From NCBI GenBank assembly GCA_910587725.1, contig CAJUNG010000001.1, forward strand, positions 1,698-65,697: a stretch of DNA of 64,000 nucleotides, given 5' to 3'. A program made the position numbers and the translations under genes. The notes under the pieces are model-generated. The model was not told where the DNA came from. It saw only the letters and a program-made list of their open reading frames with translations, and made no database searches. How positions within the stretch are numbered: the first letter of the stretch is position 1; each line of letters opens with the position of its first letter. Origin of the DNA: an uncultured Bacilli bacterium (GTDB lineage: Bacteria; Bacillota_I; Bacilli_A; RF39; UBA660). This document shows positions 40,066 through 49,364 of the stretch, in pieces.

Positions 40066-40146
40066 ACAGAAAAAGAATTGTCTGGCTGACATTTTAATTT
40101 CTGTACCCTTATGGGTTGACTCGTGTTCCAGCACGGGTCTTTTTTA
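40066..40146 (+). ncRNA. candidate prophage small RNA (promoter + two hairpins + U-tract), antisense to flanking genes
   Basis: TTGACT(40030)-N18-TGTATAAT(40052-40059). A 9-bp hairpin GTACAGAAA...TTTCTGTAC, then a terminator hairpin CTCGTG-TTCCAG-CACGGG followed by T6 at 40140-40145. No ORF is present. Confidence 0.35.
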
Positions 40147-40267
40147 TCGTTTCCATATATATAAAATCTCCTTTTATATTGTATTTTGTAATAAAATACG
40201 CTATAATGATTATGCGGAGATGTGAAAATCTGCAAATATTTATCTCGTGTGTCGGCACGGGATTTTT

Positions 40268-40825
40268 TTAATCTAATTGAAATTGTAAAGTATAGTTATC
40301 GCTCAAAAGATTATTATAATAACGTAATCTTAAATTACTGTCTCCTTTTTTCTGCTCCCATACTAGTACACCCTCAATTTTTCCGCCAGCATCTAAGTCT
40401 CCGCTTCCAAGCGTTTTATCGTCATCTGCTGTAATAGAACCCCAGGCATCCTCAACACCATCTGCATTAACCATTTGCCAATCCAAAGCATTATATGATA
40501 TTTTATCGCTAGAATTATTTTCAATTTTTATTGTAACTTTTACATATTCATAACCTTCTTTTGGTTTAAAGTATTCATTAGTTCCTTGAGTTTTGTCAAC
40601 TTTAAGAATAGAATAATTTACATTTTCGTAAGTTGCTACTTCATTTTGTGTAAAATCTTTCTTTCTCGCTTCTTCTTCTTTTTGACTTACCACGGCACCA
40701 ATAATTAAAACTACAATGATTGCTAGAATAATCCACTTCACAATTCCAGGTTGTTTTTTTCTACAGTTAGGGCATACCTTTGCTTTAGAATCAATTTCTG
40801 ATTGGCAATACTTGCACTTCTTCAT
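40268..40825 (-). CDS. zinc-ribbon/TM/DUF4352-like extracellular domain protein (prophage lysogeny-region membrane protein)
   Basis: CKYCQ...CPNC ribbon, a TM helix, then a ~120-aa beta-rich domain. This architecture is common next to integrases. Confidence 0.5.
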   Translation of the reverse strand: MKKCKYCQSEIDSKAKVCPNCRKKQPGIVKWIILAIIVVLIIGAVVSQKEEEARKKDFTQNEVATYENVNYSILKVDKTQGTNEYFKPKEGYEYVKVTIKIENNSSDKISYNALDWQMVNADGVEDAWGSITADDDKTLGSGDLDAGGKIEGVLVWEQKKGDSNLRLRYYNNLLSDNYTLQFQLD

Positions 40826-40930
40826 TTTTTACACCTCCTTTACTACTATTTTTTTATATTAAAAGTACAATTATATAGGTACTTTTAACCAAAAATATCA
40901 TTATTACAAATAATTATCGAAAATTGGTAA

Positions 40931-41299
40931 TTATTTGGTTATATAATGAATTAGAGATATGTTTTTGTCGAGGCGTATCTCATTTTTTAATGCTTGAATA
41001 TATTTGTCTGCAAAATCTTCTGTAGATTCAATATAAAATTCTAGAATTTCTTTTGGAATATCACTATTTTGTTTCAACTCATCAAGTTGCTCCAGTTCCA
41101 TATGAGCAAATTCATGAAGAATAGTTTCTTTTGTTTTTTCATCAGACAAAAATTTATTAATCACAATAAAGTTAGCATCGCAATGCTTAAATATAAGTCC
41201 ATTAACTCTTTTCGGCAACTCCTTGTAAATAATCGTGGCGTTATTCCTCCTTAAATATTCATCTTGTGATATTTCTCCAGATAACAAATTGATTAACAC
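40931..41299 (-). CDS. ImmA/IrrE-family metallopeptidase
   Basis: HEXXH motif ILHEFAHMELEQ, in the typical position downstream of an XRE repressor. Confidence 0.7.
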   Translation of the reverse strand: MLINLLSGEISQDEYLRRNNATIIYKELPKRVNGLIFKHCDANFIVINKFLSDEKTKETILHEFAHMELEQLDELKQNSDIPKEILEFYIESTEDFADKYIQALKNEIRLDKNISLIHYITK

Positions 41300-41383
41300 A
41301 ATATCAACTCCTTTACTATAATTCTTTTTTTATTAATCAATTATATGTAAAAGTACGGATACTGCTTGTACTTATACCATTTT

Positions 41384-41794
41384 TTATTTTGAATTTTCGT
41401 CATATTCTTTTATTATTGCGTTAATCACATTTAACACTGCTTTTTTTTCATCGTCATTAAGTTGTTTTGCTCTGGAAGAAAGAAGATAATCTAATTCATT
41501 GTAAGAGTATTCATCTTTAGTTAAATCAGTACCAGTTAAATCAGCTACGGATACATTTAAAACTTCTGAGACATCAATTATGTTATCGAGCGAAGGTGAT
41601 ATTTCTTCATTCTCCCATCTGGCAATCGTAGTTTGATTTACACCAGCCATTTCACCAAGCCTATTTTGTGATAGATTTTTACATTCTCTTAAATATTTTA
41701 AATTTTTACTAAAAATACTCACATTCTCCCTCCTTTCAATTTTATAATAGCATAAAAACATTAAAAAAACAATATTTTTTCTGCTTTTTTGCAT
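41384..41794 (-). CDS. XRE-family HTH repressor (CI-like)
   Basis: HTH segment LSQNRLGEMAGVNQTTIARWENEE. The true start is probably internal to the listed ORF. Confidence 0.75.
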   Translation of the reverse strand: MQKSRKNIVFLMFLCYYKIERRENVSIFSKNLKYLRECKNLSQNRLGEMAGVNQTTIARWENEEISPSLDNIIDVSEVLNVSVADLTGTDLTKDEYSYNELDYLLSSRAKQLNDDEKKAVLNVINAIIKEYDENSK

Positions 41795-41802
41795 TTTAGG
41801 TA

Positions 41803-41831
41803 TTGACTTCTGCGAAAAAGCATTGTATTAT
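41803..41831 (+). promoter_or_regulatory. promoter for the cro-like gene in the divergent switch region
   Basis: TTGACT-N17-TATTAT, then an AAGGAGG RBS. Confidence 0.5.
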
Positions 41832-41852
41832 TGAGTCGTAAGGAGGTAAAGT

Positions 41853-42119
41853 ATGAAAGAAACATTTAAAGAACTGGTGTCAAGTGAACTTCGCGGACTG
41901 AGAGCAAAATATAACTATAAGCAAAAAGAAGTTGCTGAAAAAGCAGATGTCGATATAATGACTATAGTCCGTTACGAAAATAATAGTACATCAATGCAAT
42001 TAGATATGCTAGAGAAAATCATTTCTGTTTATGGGTTAAGTTTGGCAAATTTTTTTAATATAATATCTGCAAATATGCAGAAAAAGAAAGAAAGCCAAGT
42101 TCCAGAAAAAGAAGAATAG
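41853..42119 (+). CDS. XRE-family HTH protein (Cro-like)
   Basis: HTH segment YKQKEVAEKADVDIMTIVRYENN. Confidence 0.7.
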   Translation: MKETFKELVSSELRGLRAKYNYKQKEVAEKADVDIMTIVRYENNSTSMQLDMLEKIISVYGLSLANFFNIISANMQKKKESQVPEKEE

Positions 42120-42299
42120 GAGAAAGTATGAAAGAGATAGATAATCTAGAAGAATATTTGTCAGAATTATCAAATTACTTTGAAAGCATTGAAGAAAGTT
42201 TAGAAAAGACAATGATACTATCAAAAATCAATGAACTGGTATTTTGGTTACAGATGTATCAAGATAAAGAAAAACAAGTCGATTAGACTTGTAAAAGAA

Positions 42300-42434
42300 T
42301 TATTTCTTTTTAGGGGCACGTTGCGATAAAGCAGAACCGGCAGCAGTCTTAGAATTTTTAGATGTACGTCCATCTCTCAAAACCTTAGATGCAGCTTTAG
42401 CAGCCTTAGCACTAGTGCGGCGTTGTTGAGCCAA
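42300..42434 (-). CDS. small basic Ala/Lys-rich protein (hypothetical; TTG start)
   Basis: AQQRRTSAKAAKAASKVLRDGRTSKNSKTAAGSALSQRAPKKK, with a GGAGGTG RBS 6 nt upstream of the TTG. Confidence 0.35.
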   Translation of the reverse strand: MAQQRRTSAKAAKAASKVLRDGRTSKNSKTAAGSALSQRAPKKK

Positions 42435-42513
42435 AATAACACCTCCTTTCAATTTAACTATTGTAATGAGGTATAGAAGAAAAATCAATAAAATTTATAG
42501 GAGTGATAAAAAT

Positions 42514-42744
42514 ATGGAAAAAAAGTGTCAGCCAGACATAAAAAAAACGAAAGAAGAAGTGCTGAATCAATTATATGTATCAGCCTACGACTTACAAGTA
42601 ATATTTCCAACAATGGGATATGAAAGTGCATTAGATTACATTAAGCAAATTCGAAAAAAGATGGAAAACAAAAATTTATTTGTACCGCAAGGAAAAACAA
42701 AACTAGCGTTACTAAGTATCATCAAAAAAGATTGCGGATTTTAA
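42514..42744 (+). CDS. hypothetical prophage early protein
   Basis: ATG at 42514 with a TAGGAGTGA RBS. Confidence 0.4.
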   Translation: MEKKCQPDIKKTKEEVLNQLYVSAYDLQVIFPTMGYESALDYIKQIRKKMENKNLFVPQGKTKLALLSIIKKDCGF

Positions 42745-42987
42745 AGGAGGTGATGAAAAATGAAGAAAAGAATGGGATTAAAGCCGGAGTGGAAATTTAC
42801 TTTATTTTATTTCTTGTCATTTATTTTAGGATTTATCTCAGGAAAAATAAGTTAGGAGGAATCATTAAGATGAGTTTAAGGCAAAAAGAAAAGAGAACTA
42901 AAGCTTGCAGGCAAAAAAGTTCCCTTTGGAAAAATTCCGCTTATATTCTAACATGAAAATACAGATTTGTCAAATTTGGAGGACAGA

Positions 42988-43737
42988 ATGAAAAAGGAAA
43001 CGTTTATTTTAAATACCGACTTAGATGAAAAAACGCAGTCTTTAACGGACGAAGAAGTAGGTCAGGTATTTAGAAAAATACTAAAGTATGTAAAAGAAGA
43101 AACTGTCCCGAAACTTACAGATAAATTAGAAATTGTCTTCGAATTTATAAAGGTAGATATCGACAAAAATATTAAGAAATATAAAGAAACTTGTGAGAAA
43201 AGAAGACAAGCTATAAATAATCGTTGGGATAGTAAAGAAGATACAAAAGATACAAATGTATACAATTGTACAGACACTATAAAAAACGACTATGATAATG
43301 AAATTCATAATCATACTCATATACATAATCATTTAGATTTAGAAGAAAAAAAAGATAATAGGGGTATGGGGGAAGAAGAGAAAAAGGAAACCTTTAATGG
43401 TACTGTAAAAGCCAGTAAGCACAAATATGGAGAATATAACAACGTGCTACTGAAAGATGAAGAATTACAGGCATTAAAAGAAGCTTATTCTAATTATCAA
43501 GAACTGATAGATTTTTTAAGCGAGTATATCGAACGAAAAGGATACAAAGCTAAGTCGCACTATCTATGTATCAAAAAATGGGTAGTAGATGCGGTTAAAG
43601 AAGAAAATCTAAAAAAACAGAAGACTCAAAAACAGGAAAAACCAACAGAATGGTTCAACGAGAAAATTGCAGAGGAAAAAATGACAGAAGAAGAACAAGC
43701 AGAAGCAGAAAAAATTTTAAAAGAGTTAGGAGAATAA
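42988..43737 (+). CDS. hypothetical prophage protein (charged, His-rich insert)
   Basis: ATG at 42988 with a GGAGGA RBS. Confidence 0.45.
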   Translation: MKKETFILNTDLDEKTQSLTDEEVGQVFRKILKYVKEETVPKLTDKLEIVFEFIKVDIDKNIKKYKETCEKRRQAINNRWDSKEDTKDTNVYNCTDTIKNDYDNEIHNHTHIHNHLDLEEKKDNRGMGEEEKKETFNGTVKASKHKYGEYNNVLLKDEELQALKEAYSNYQELIDFLSEYIERKGYKAKSHYLCIKKWVVDAVKEENLKKQKTQKQEKPTEWFNEKIAEEKMTEEEQAEAEKILKELGE

Positions 43738-43740
43738 AAA

Positions 43741-43944
43741 ATGATTAAAACAAATAATGAAGAAATAAATAAATTAATAAAAGATGCGAAGTGGATAACT
43801 GTTTCAACTGATAAAGGATGTTACGTTGAAAATTTAAAAGAAGACATTGAAATTTTAGAGGTTGAAGACGAAGAAGAAAAAACTAAAAAAGAAATAAAGA
43901 AAATGTTTAATGAGATAATTGAAAAAATTTTAGGAGACGAATAA
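43741..43944 (+). CDS. hypothetical small prophage protein
   Basis: A 67-aa ORF tightly packed between flanking genes. Confidence 0.4.
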   Translation: MIKTNNEEINKLIKDAKWITVSTDKGCYVENLKEDIEILEVEDEEEKTKKEIKKMFNEIIEKILGDE

Positions 43945-45848
43945 TGAAGAAGATATCAATTGGAAATATTAAAATCAAAAATTTCAAGGGAATGTTGGAA
44001 AAAGAATTGGCGTTCGCAGATGCCAAAAACATCATCGAAGGGGAAAACGGAATCGGCAAAACTACAATTTTGGATGCAATTACTTGGTGCTTGTTTGGAA
44101 AAAATTTTGTAGGTGAAAAACTGTTTAAAATTAAGCCAATCATTGATGGTGAAGAAAAGAAAGATTTAACAACCAAGGTGGAAATAACGCTAAACGACAA
44201 GTTAATCGAAAGAATTTGGGAAAATGATATAACGACGATTAAGGTTGATGGAGTAAAATTTGGAAGTCGCGAATTTTCAGAATATTTAAGAGACAGTTTT
44301 AATATTACAGAAGAAGAATTTAAAGCATTATCTAACACAAATTATATACCGAATCTACATTGGAAAGATTTAAGGAGTTTGATTCTAGGACTTGTCGGTG
44401 AAATTACAAATGAGGAAGTTTATGAAAAAGGAAATTTTGATTTAATTAAAGAAAAAATTGATTCAGTAGGAGTAGAAAAGACAGCGGAAAATATTTCGGA
44501 AACTAAAACACATCTAACAAACGAAATTAAGAAAATTCATGGAAATATTGACCAAAAAACAAAAGATATTCAAGAACTAGTTGTTGATGAAAAAGAACAA
44601 AAACAACTTGAAAAACAAAAAGAAAAACTAAAAAAAGATATCGAAAATTACAATTTATTAGCCCAAGAAAAAGCACAACAAGAAAAGAATACAATTACAT
44701 TAAACAATTTGAAAAATGATTTAGAACGTACAGTAAAAGATATAGAACGATTAGAAGAACTTAAGAGTGGTTGTCAAAAAACATATAATGAGTCAAATGT
44801 GGATGCATCCATCGTTAAAGACAATAAAATGAGGGATTTGAACAATAAAATCAGTCAAAAAGAAATGGATATTTCGCTATTAGACCAAGAAAAAACAACT
44901 TTAATGATTCAACGAGAAGAATTAAAGAAAAGGTATGATGAAGAACTTGCAAGAGAACCTAGAATCGAAAATGATAGGTGCTCGGCCTGTGGACAATCAT
45001 TACCACAAGAAAAGATTAATGAAGTATTGGCTAATTTAAAAGCACAACAAGTAGAAAATGCTAATGGATATGTGCGTCAGGCAAAGGTAAAAAAAGAGCG
45101 GCTAGACGAAATTGAGATTTTAATTAGTACATATAAGTCTGACATTGCAAAGCTTAAAAATCAAATTGAAGAAGTCAAAAACGAAAGTATTGACTCTAGC
45201 AAAGAAAGTGATATTCAAGTTACTATGAAAGTTAAAATAGCAGAGGCTAATCGTGATATTGAGTTAAGAACAAAGGATAAATTTGAATTAGAAGAGACTA
45301 TCAAATTTAGAGAATGCGAAATTGCTAATCAAAAGCCAATAGAACTAGAAGGCAATATTACTGCAATGCAAATTCAATTAGAGGAGATTACAAGAAAATT
45401 AGCGGTATCAGATACTTTAACTATTTTTAAGGACCAACTAAAAAAGCTTGAAGAAGAACTTCAGAATTTACTAAGTCAAAAAGAACTATTAAATGAAAAA
45501 GAGCAGCAACTAGTGGCATTTAATAACACTCGTGCAGAGATGTTAAGAGAACGTGTAAGACACAATTTTAAATTGGCAGACTTTATCACACAAGAAACAA
45601 CAAAAGACGGGAAGTTAATTGAAACGTTCAAACTTGCGGTAGATGGAATCGAATATAATGCTTTAAATACTGGTATGAAAATTTTAGTGGCACTGGATTT
45701 AATTGACAACATTCAACGATTGAAAAATAAAAGACTTCCAATTTTAATTGATGGGCTAGGAGAATTAACAAGACTTCCGGAAATGGAAACACAAGTTATC
45801 GGTTGTCGTGCCAAATTTCAAGTTAATAAAAAAATGGAAGTGGTATAA
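43944..45848 (+). CDS. SMC/SbcC/RecF-like AAA ATPase with long coiled coil
   Basis: N-terminal IKIKNFKGM...IIEGENGIGKTTILDAITWCLFGK (Walker A in an SMC_N-type head), a long heptad-rich middle, CSACGQ (zinc-hook-like) and a C-terminal LPILIDGLGE (Walker B/D-loop-like). Confidence 0.65.
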   Translation: MKKISIGNIKIKNFKGMLEKELAFADAKNIIEGENGIGKTTILDAITWCLFGKNFVGEKLFKIKPIIDGEEKKDLTTKVEITLNDKLIERIWENDITTIKVDGVKFGSREFSEYLRDSFNITEEEFKALSNTNYIPNLHWKDLRSLILGLVGEITNEEVYEKGNFDLIKEKIDSVGVEKTAENISETKTHLTNEIKKIHGNIDQKTKDIQELVVDEKEQKQLEKQKEKLKKDIENYNLLAQEKAQQEKNTITLNNLKNDLERTVKDIERLEELKSGCQKTYNESNVDASIVKDNKMRDLNNKISQKEMDISLLDQEKTTLMIQREELKKRYDEELAREPRIENDRCSACGQSLPQEKINEVLANLKAQQVENANGYVRQAKVKKERLDEIEILISTYKSDIAKLKNQIEEVKNESIDSSKESDIQVTMKVKIAEANRDIELRTKDKFELEETIKFRECEIANQKPIELEGNITAMQIQLEEITRKLAVSDTLTIFKDQLKKLEEELQNLLSQKELLNEKEQQLVAFNNTRAEMLRERVRHNFKLADFITQETTKDGKLIETFKLAVDGIEYNALNTGMKILVALDLIDNIQRLKNKRLPILIDGLGELTRLPEMETQVIGCRAKFQVNKKMEVV

Positions 45849-45850
45849 AA

Positions 45851-46108
45851 ATGAATCGTCATATAGATGAATTAGGAAGAATTGTGATTCCAAAAGAGAT
45901 AAGGAAAGTTTTAAAAATTAATCCAGATGACTTGATAAATATTATTGTAGAAAATAATAAAATTATTTTAAGCAAAAAAGAAAATACAATAGTTGAAAGA
46001 TATAAAGAAAAAATATCGTTTTTAGAAAACAAAAAAACTGTAACAGATTTTGAAATAGGACAAATGAAAGCCTATAAAGAAATTTTAATGGATTTGGAGA
46101 TGAATTAA
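45851..46108 (+). CDS. AbrB/MazE/SpoVT-fold DNA-binding protein
   Basis: N-terminal swapped-hairpin motif LGRIVIPKEIRKVLKI. Confidence 0.5.
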   Translation: MNRHIDELGRIVIPKEIRKVLKINPDDLINIIVENNKIILSKKENTIVERYKEKISFLENKKTVTDFEIGQMKAYKEILMDLEMN

Positions 46109-46984
46109 ATGAAAGAACAAAAACAAGAGCTTACAAAGAAAGAGGAGGAAAAACTTGCCTTTCAAAGAAATTTTAGTGATAGCGTAATGAATAGCATTAC
46201 CAAATATTGCGAAGAAGGAAGACTTAGGCTTCCAAAAGGATACAGCGCAGAAAATGCTTTAAAATCAGCGTGGCTGATTGTTCAGAAAACTGTAGATAAG
46301 GAAAATAAGCCAGCACTTGCGGTTTGCACCCCTAATAGCGTAGCAAATGCACTGCTTGAAATGGCTATTATGGGGCTTAATCCTGCAAAAAGTCAATGCT
46401 ACTTTATTGTATATGGTAAAGAACTAACAATGACACCTTCTTATTTTGGAAAAATTACTGCATTGAAAAGAATTGAAGGAATAGAAGATATCAACGCACA
46501 AGTAATATATGAAGGCGATGAAATTGAATATAACATTAACTCAGATGGTAGTATTTCAAATATAAAACATTACCAGGAATTCCAAAATATTAAAGAGGAT
46601 AAAATTATTGGTGGTTACTGCGTTATTAAATACAAAGGAGAAGAATACGCAACAATTGCAACTTATGAACAAATTAAAGAAGCGTGGTCGATGTCAAAAA
46701 TGTCTAAAGATAAAAAGACATTCAAAAGTGAGTTTGTTAAACGAACAATGATAAATAAATCTATTAAGTGGTTTGTCAATACAAGGAATGACGACGATTT
46801 ACTAATCGAGACAATTCAAGAAAATGAAACCAGACACTATGATTATGATAATGCAGAAATTGATGAGTTCCCACCAATTCAAGAAGTGAAGGTTGATGAA
46901 CTACCACATGATGAAGTAAAAGAGGCAATTGTGGAAGAAGTCAAGGAAGAAAATAATGCTATTGAAGTCGATAAGTTCGAGTAG
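46109..46984 (+). CDS. recT: RecT-family single-strand annealing recombinase
   Basis: ALKSAWLIVQKTVDKENKPALAVCTPNSVANALLEMAIMGLNPAKSQCYFIVYG is the RecT core. Confidence 0.7.
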   Translation: MKEQKQELTKKEEEKLAFQRNFSDSVMNSITKYCEEGRLRLPKGYSAENALKSAWLIVQKTVDKENKPALAVCTPNSVANALLEMAIMGLNPAKSQCYFIVYGKELTMTPSYFGKITALKRIEGIEDINAQVIYEGDEIEYNINSDGSISNIKHYQEFQNIKEDKIIGGYCVIKYKGEEYATIATYEQIKEAWSMSKMSKDKKTFKSEFVKRTMINKSIKWFVNTRNDDDLLIETIQENETRHYDYDNAEIDEFPPIQEVKVDELPHDEVKEAIVEEVKEENNAIEVDKFE

Positions 46985-47729
46985 CAAGGGGAATATTCAC
47001 ATATTAGAGAATGAAGACACTAGTCTTCTTCTTGATTGTGGAATACCTTTTGAGCGAATTAAAAATATTTTGAATAAGCAGAGGATAGATGCTGTGCTTA
47101 TAACTCATGAACACGGAGACCACATTAATGGTTGTGAAAGCCTAGCCCAAAACAAGAATATTTGCTTTTATTCAACTAGAAAAACATTAGAGAAGGTAAA
47201 TATACCAAACTTCATGAAAAAAGCTATAGAACCATTCAAAACTCATCTAATAGGCTCATTCAAAATAGTGCCATTTGAAGTAAAGCATGATGCAGTTCAC
47301 CCAATTAATTACTTAATTAAGGATAATTTTTCTGGAACACAACTTCTTTATATTACAGATACAGGTTATATCGACAATTTGATTTTTAAGGATATTGATT
47401 ATTTTCTAATTGAATGTAACTTTGACGAGGAATGGTACAAAAAAGATGATTTAACGGATAGTGAGAGATTTAAAGCAAGAAGACTTTTAAGCTGGAATGG
47501 GCACTTATCGATTCAAAAGACAATTAGAGTATTAGAAAAAACAGTCAATATTAACACTAAGAAAATTATTCTATGCCATATTTCAAGCGGTTTTAAAAAC
47601 TATTTAGAGTTTCAGGAAAAAATACAACAAAAATTTCCAAGTCAAAAGGTTGTTGCTTTAAAACAAGGAATATTTGAGGATAGGAAGATAGAACTTCTTG
47701 ATAAAAAGGAAGTGTTGGACTTTGAATAA
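46929..47729 (+). CDS. MBL-fold metallo-hydrolase (putative phage recombination nuclease partner)
   Basis: HxHxDH motif ITHEHGDHING. The true start is probably near 46980. Confidence 0.65.
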   Translation: MWKKSRKKIMLLKSISSSSKGNIHILENEDTSLLLDCGIPFERIKNILNKQRIDAVLITHEHGDHINGCESLAQNKNICFYSTRKTLEKVNIPNFMKKAIEPFKTHLIGSFKIVPFEVKHDAVHPINYLIKDNFSGTQLLYITDTGYIDNLIFKDIDYFLIECNFDEEWYKKDDLTDSERFKARRLLSWNGHLSIQKTIRVLEKTVNINTKKIILCHISSGFKNYLEFQEKIQQKFPSQKVVALKQGIFEDRKIELLDKKEVLDFE

Positions 47730-48048
47730 TAACATAGAGGAACTAGGACTATTTAAAGAAGATTTAGAGCAATATCAATTCATCCTGGATAATTACGAAA
47801 GCCTATCTTCAGAAGATGGAAAAACCGCCTATGATTTAGCAAAAATGTGTATGATTCAGGCAGACAGATGGAATGAGATAGCTTTTAATGCTAGTAAAAT
47901 CGGTAAAGAATATTCGATATCTAAAACAGACCTTTACAACTGGGCATATCACAAATATAGAATTCTAATGACAGCACATGAATTTTGTAGAGTAGTGTAT
48001 CGTCAATGCAATGAGGATTTACGAAATTCATTTAGAATGGAAACTTAA
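47698..48048 (+). CDS. hypothetical prophage protein
   Basis: A 116-aa ORF. Confidence 0.4.
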   Translation: MIKRKCWTLNNNIEELGLFKEDLEQYQFILDNYESLSSEDGKTAYDLAKMCMIQADRWNEIAFNASKIGKEYSISKTDLYNWAYHKYRILMTAHEFCRVVYRQCNEDLRNSFRMET

Positions 48049-48055
48049 AAAGGAG

Positions 48056-48460
48056 ATGAATCAGGTGTTCAATTCAGTTAAAGAAAAACTTGGGACAACC
48101 AGTAAAGTAGTCTATCGTGACGAGAATGATTTTATTAAAAAAATGCGTAGTTTAAGAACCTATTGTCCCATAGCATATAAAGATTTACTTTTCAATGTAA
48201 ATATACAAGATTTTCAATCTGTGAAGGATGGAATATATGAATATGAATTAAAAACGTCTAAAGAATTTCGATTTGTTTATGGGCAAATAAAAGTGGTTTA
48301 TTCTGTAACTAATGGAGTTGTGATTATTGAGAATTTGCAACCTGCACAATTCTTGCTAGATGGATATCTCAATATGTTAGATACATATAAGGGACTACCA
48401 TATAGGCATAGTAAAGATAAATTTAAAATTAATATGTTAGAAAAAACAAAGAAAGTATAA
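48056..48460 (+). CDS. hypothetical prophage protein (weak RelE/Gp49-like beta-core resemblance)
   Basis: FRFVYGQIKVVYSVTNGVVIIENL is reminiscent of the RelE/ParE-fold core. This is speculative. Confidence 0.35.
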   Translation: MNQVFNSVKEKLGTTSKVVYRDENDFIKKMRSLRTYCPIAYKDLLFNVNIQDFQSVKDGIYEYELKTSKEFRFVYGQIKVVYSVTNGVVIIENLQPAQFLLDGYLNMLDTYKGLPYRHSKDKFKINMLEKTKKV

Positions 48461-48599
48461 AGTGCAATTTAAAAGTCGCTATTTTCATACAAAGCACCCC
48501 TTTCAAATTACTAGTAGAAAAAGGACAAGTTTGGGCAAAATACTTAATCGGTGCCGTAGCGACGAGTTTAGTCCTTTTTCAAAATATATGGAGGAAATA

Positions 48600-48821
48600 A
48601 TGAAAGTAAAAATATTAAATAGTAGTAATCCTAAAATAAAAAAATATATCGGTGAAGTTAGAAATTACTTTAAAATGGGCGGATGTGCTTGCCTAGAAGA
48701 TTTAAAAGAACCTGGATATGGTATTCAAACAAGTAGAATTATTGACGAGAAGAAAGAAGGAAATATCATAACTATAAAGACTAAGAATTCTACTTACGAA
48801 TTAGAAATAATAAAGGAATAA
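48600..48821 (+). CDS. hypothetical prophage protein
   Basis: ATG at 48600 with a TGGAGG RBS. Confidence 0.4.
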   Translation: MKVKILNSSNPKIKKYIGEVRNYFKMGGCACLEDLKEPGYGIQTSRIIDEKKEGNIITIKTKNSTYELEIIKE

Positions 48822-48823
48822 TC

Positions 48824-49111
48824 ATGCTAGATGATTTAATAAAAGAACTAGAAAGTATATCACCAAAAGACGAAGTTATCACAATCAAAAGAAAAGACTT
48901 ACCAGACTTTTGTATTAAGATGGTAAAACTGGTGAAAGGCATATACAAGGATGAAAAGATGCCATACGAAAAAATGTACCAAGCAAATATAAAGTTGGTC
49001 GATGAAGTCAAGACAATGAAACAGGATATTAAGAAATTGCTAGATTATATAAAAGGTAATGTTGATTTAGAAGAACAAGTAGAAATGATTAAGAAAGTTT
49101 ATAAAAAATGA
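48824..49111 (+). CDS. hypothetical prophage protein
   Basis: A 95-aa ORF. Confidence 0.4.
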   Translation: MLDDLIKELESISPKDEVITIKRKDLPDFCIKMVKLVKGIYKDEKMPYEKMYQANIKLVDEVKTMKQDIKKLLDYIKGNVDLEEQVEMIKKVYKK

Positions 49112-49121
49112 GGTATAGAAC

Positions 49122-49364
49122 ATGATTGAAAAAAATGATGTAATACAATTTACAGAAAACCACGAATGGTGTGGTTGCTTGGGCATCGTTGAAGAAACAA
49201 AAATATGCAGAAGTGAAAGATTAGACTATGATACAAGATACATGATTGGTGTACCTATACCAAAACAGGGAACAGCTTTTATATATGTTATGGAAAGTGA
49301 AAAAGCTATAGAAAAAATAGGAAAAGCTGTACTAGCAATGAAAGATGGTGAAGATGATGAATAA
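49122..49364 (+). CDS. hypothetical prophage protein
   Basis: An 80-aa ORF. Confidence 0.4.
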   Translation: MIEKNDVIQFTENHEWCGCLGIVEETKICRSERLDYDTRYMIGVPIPKQGTAFIYVMESEKAIEKIGKAVLAMKDGEDDE

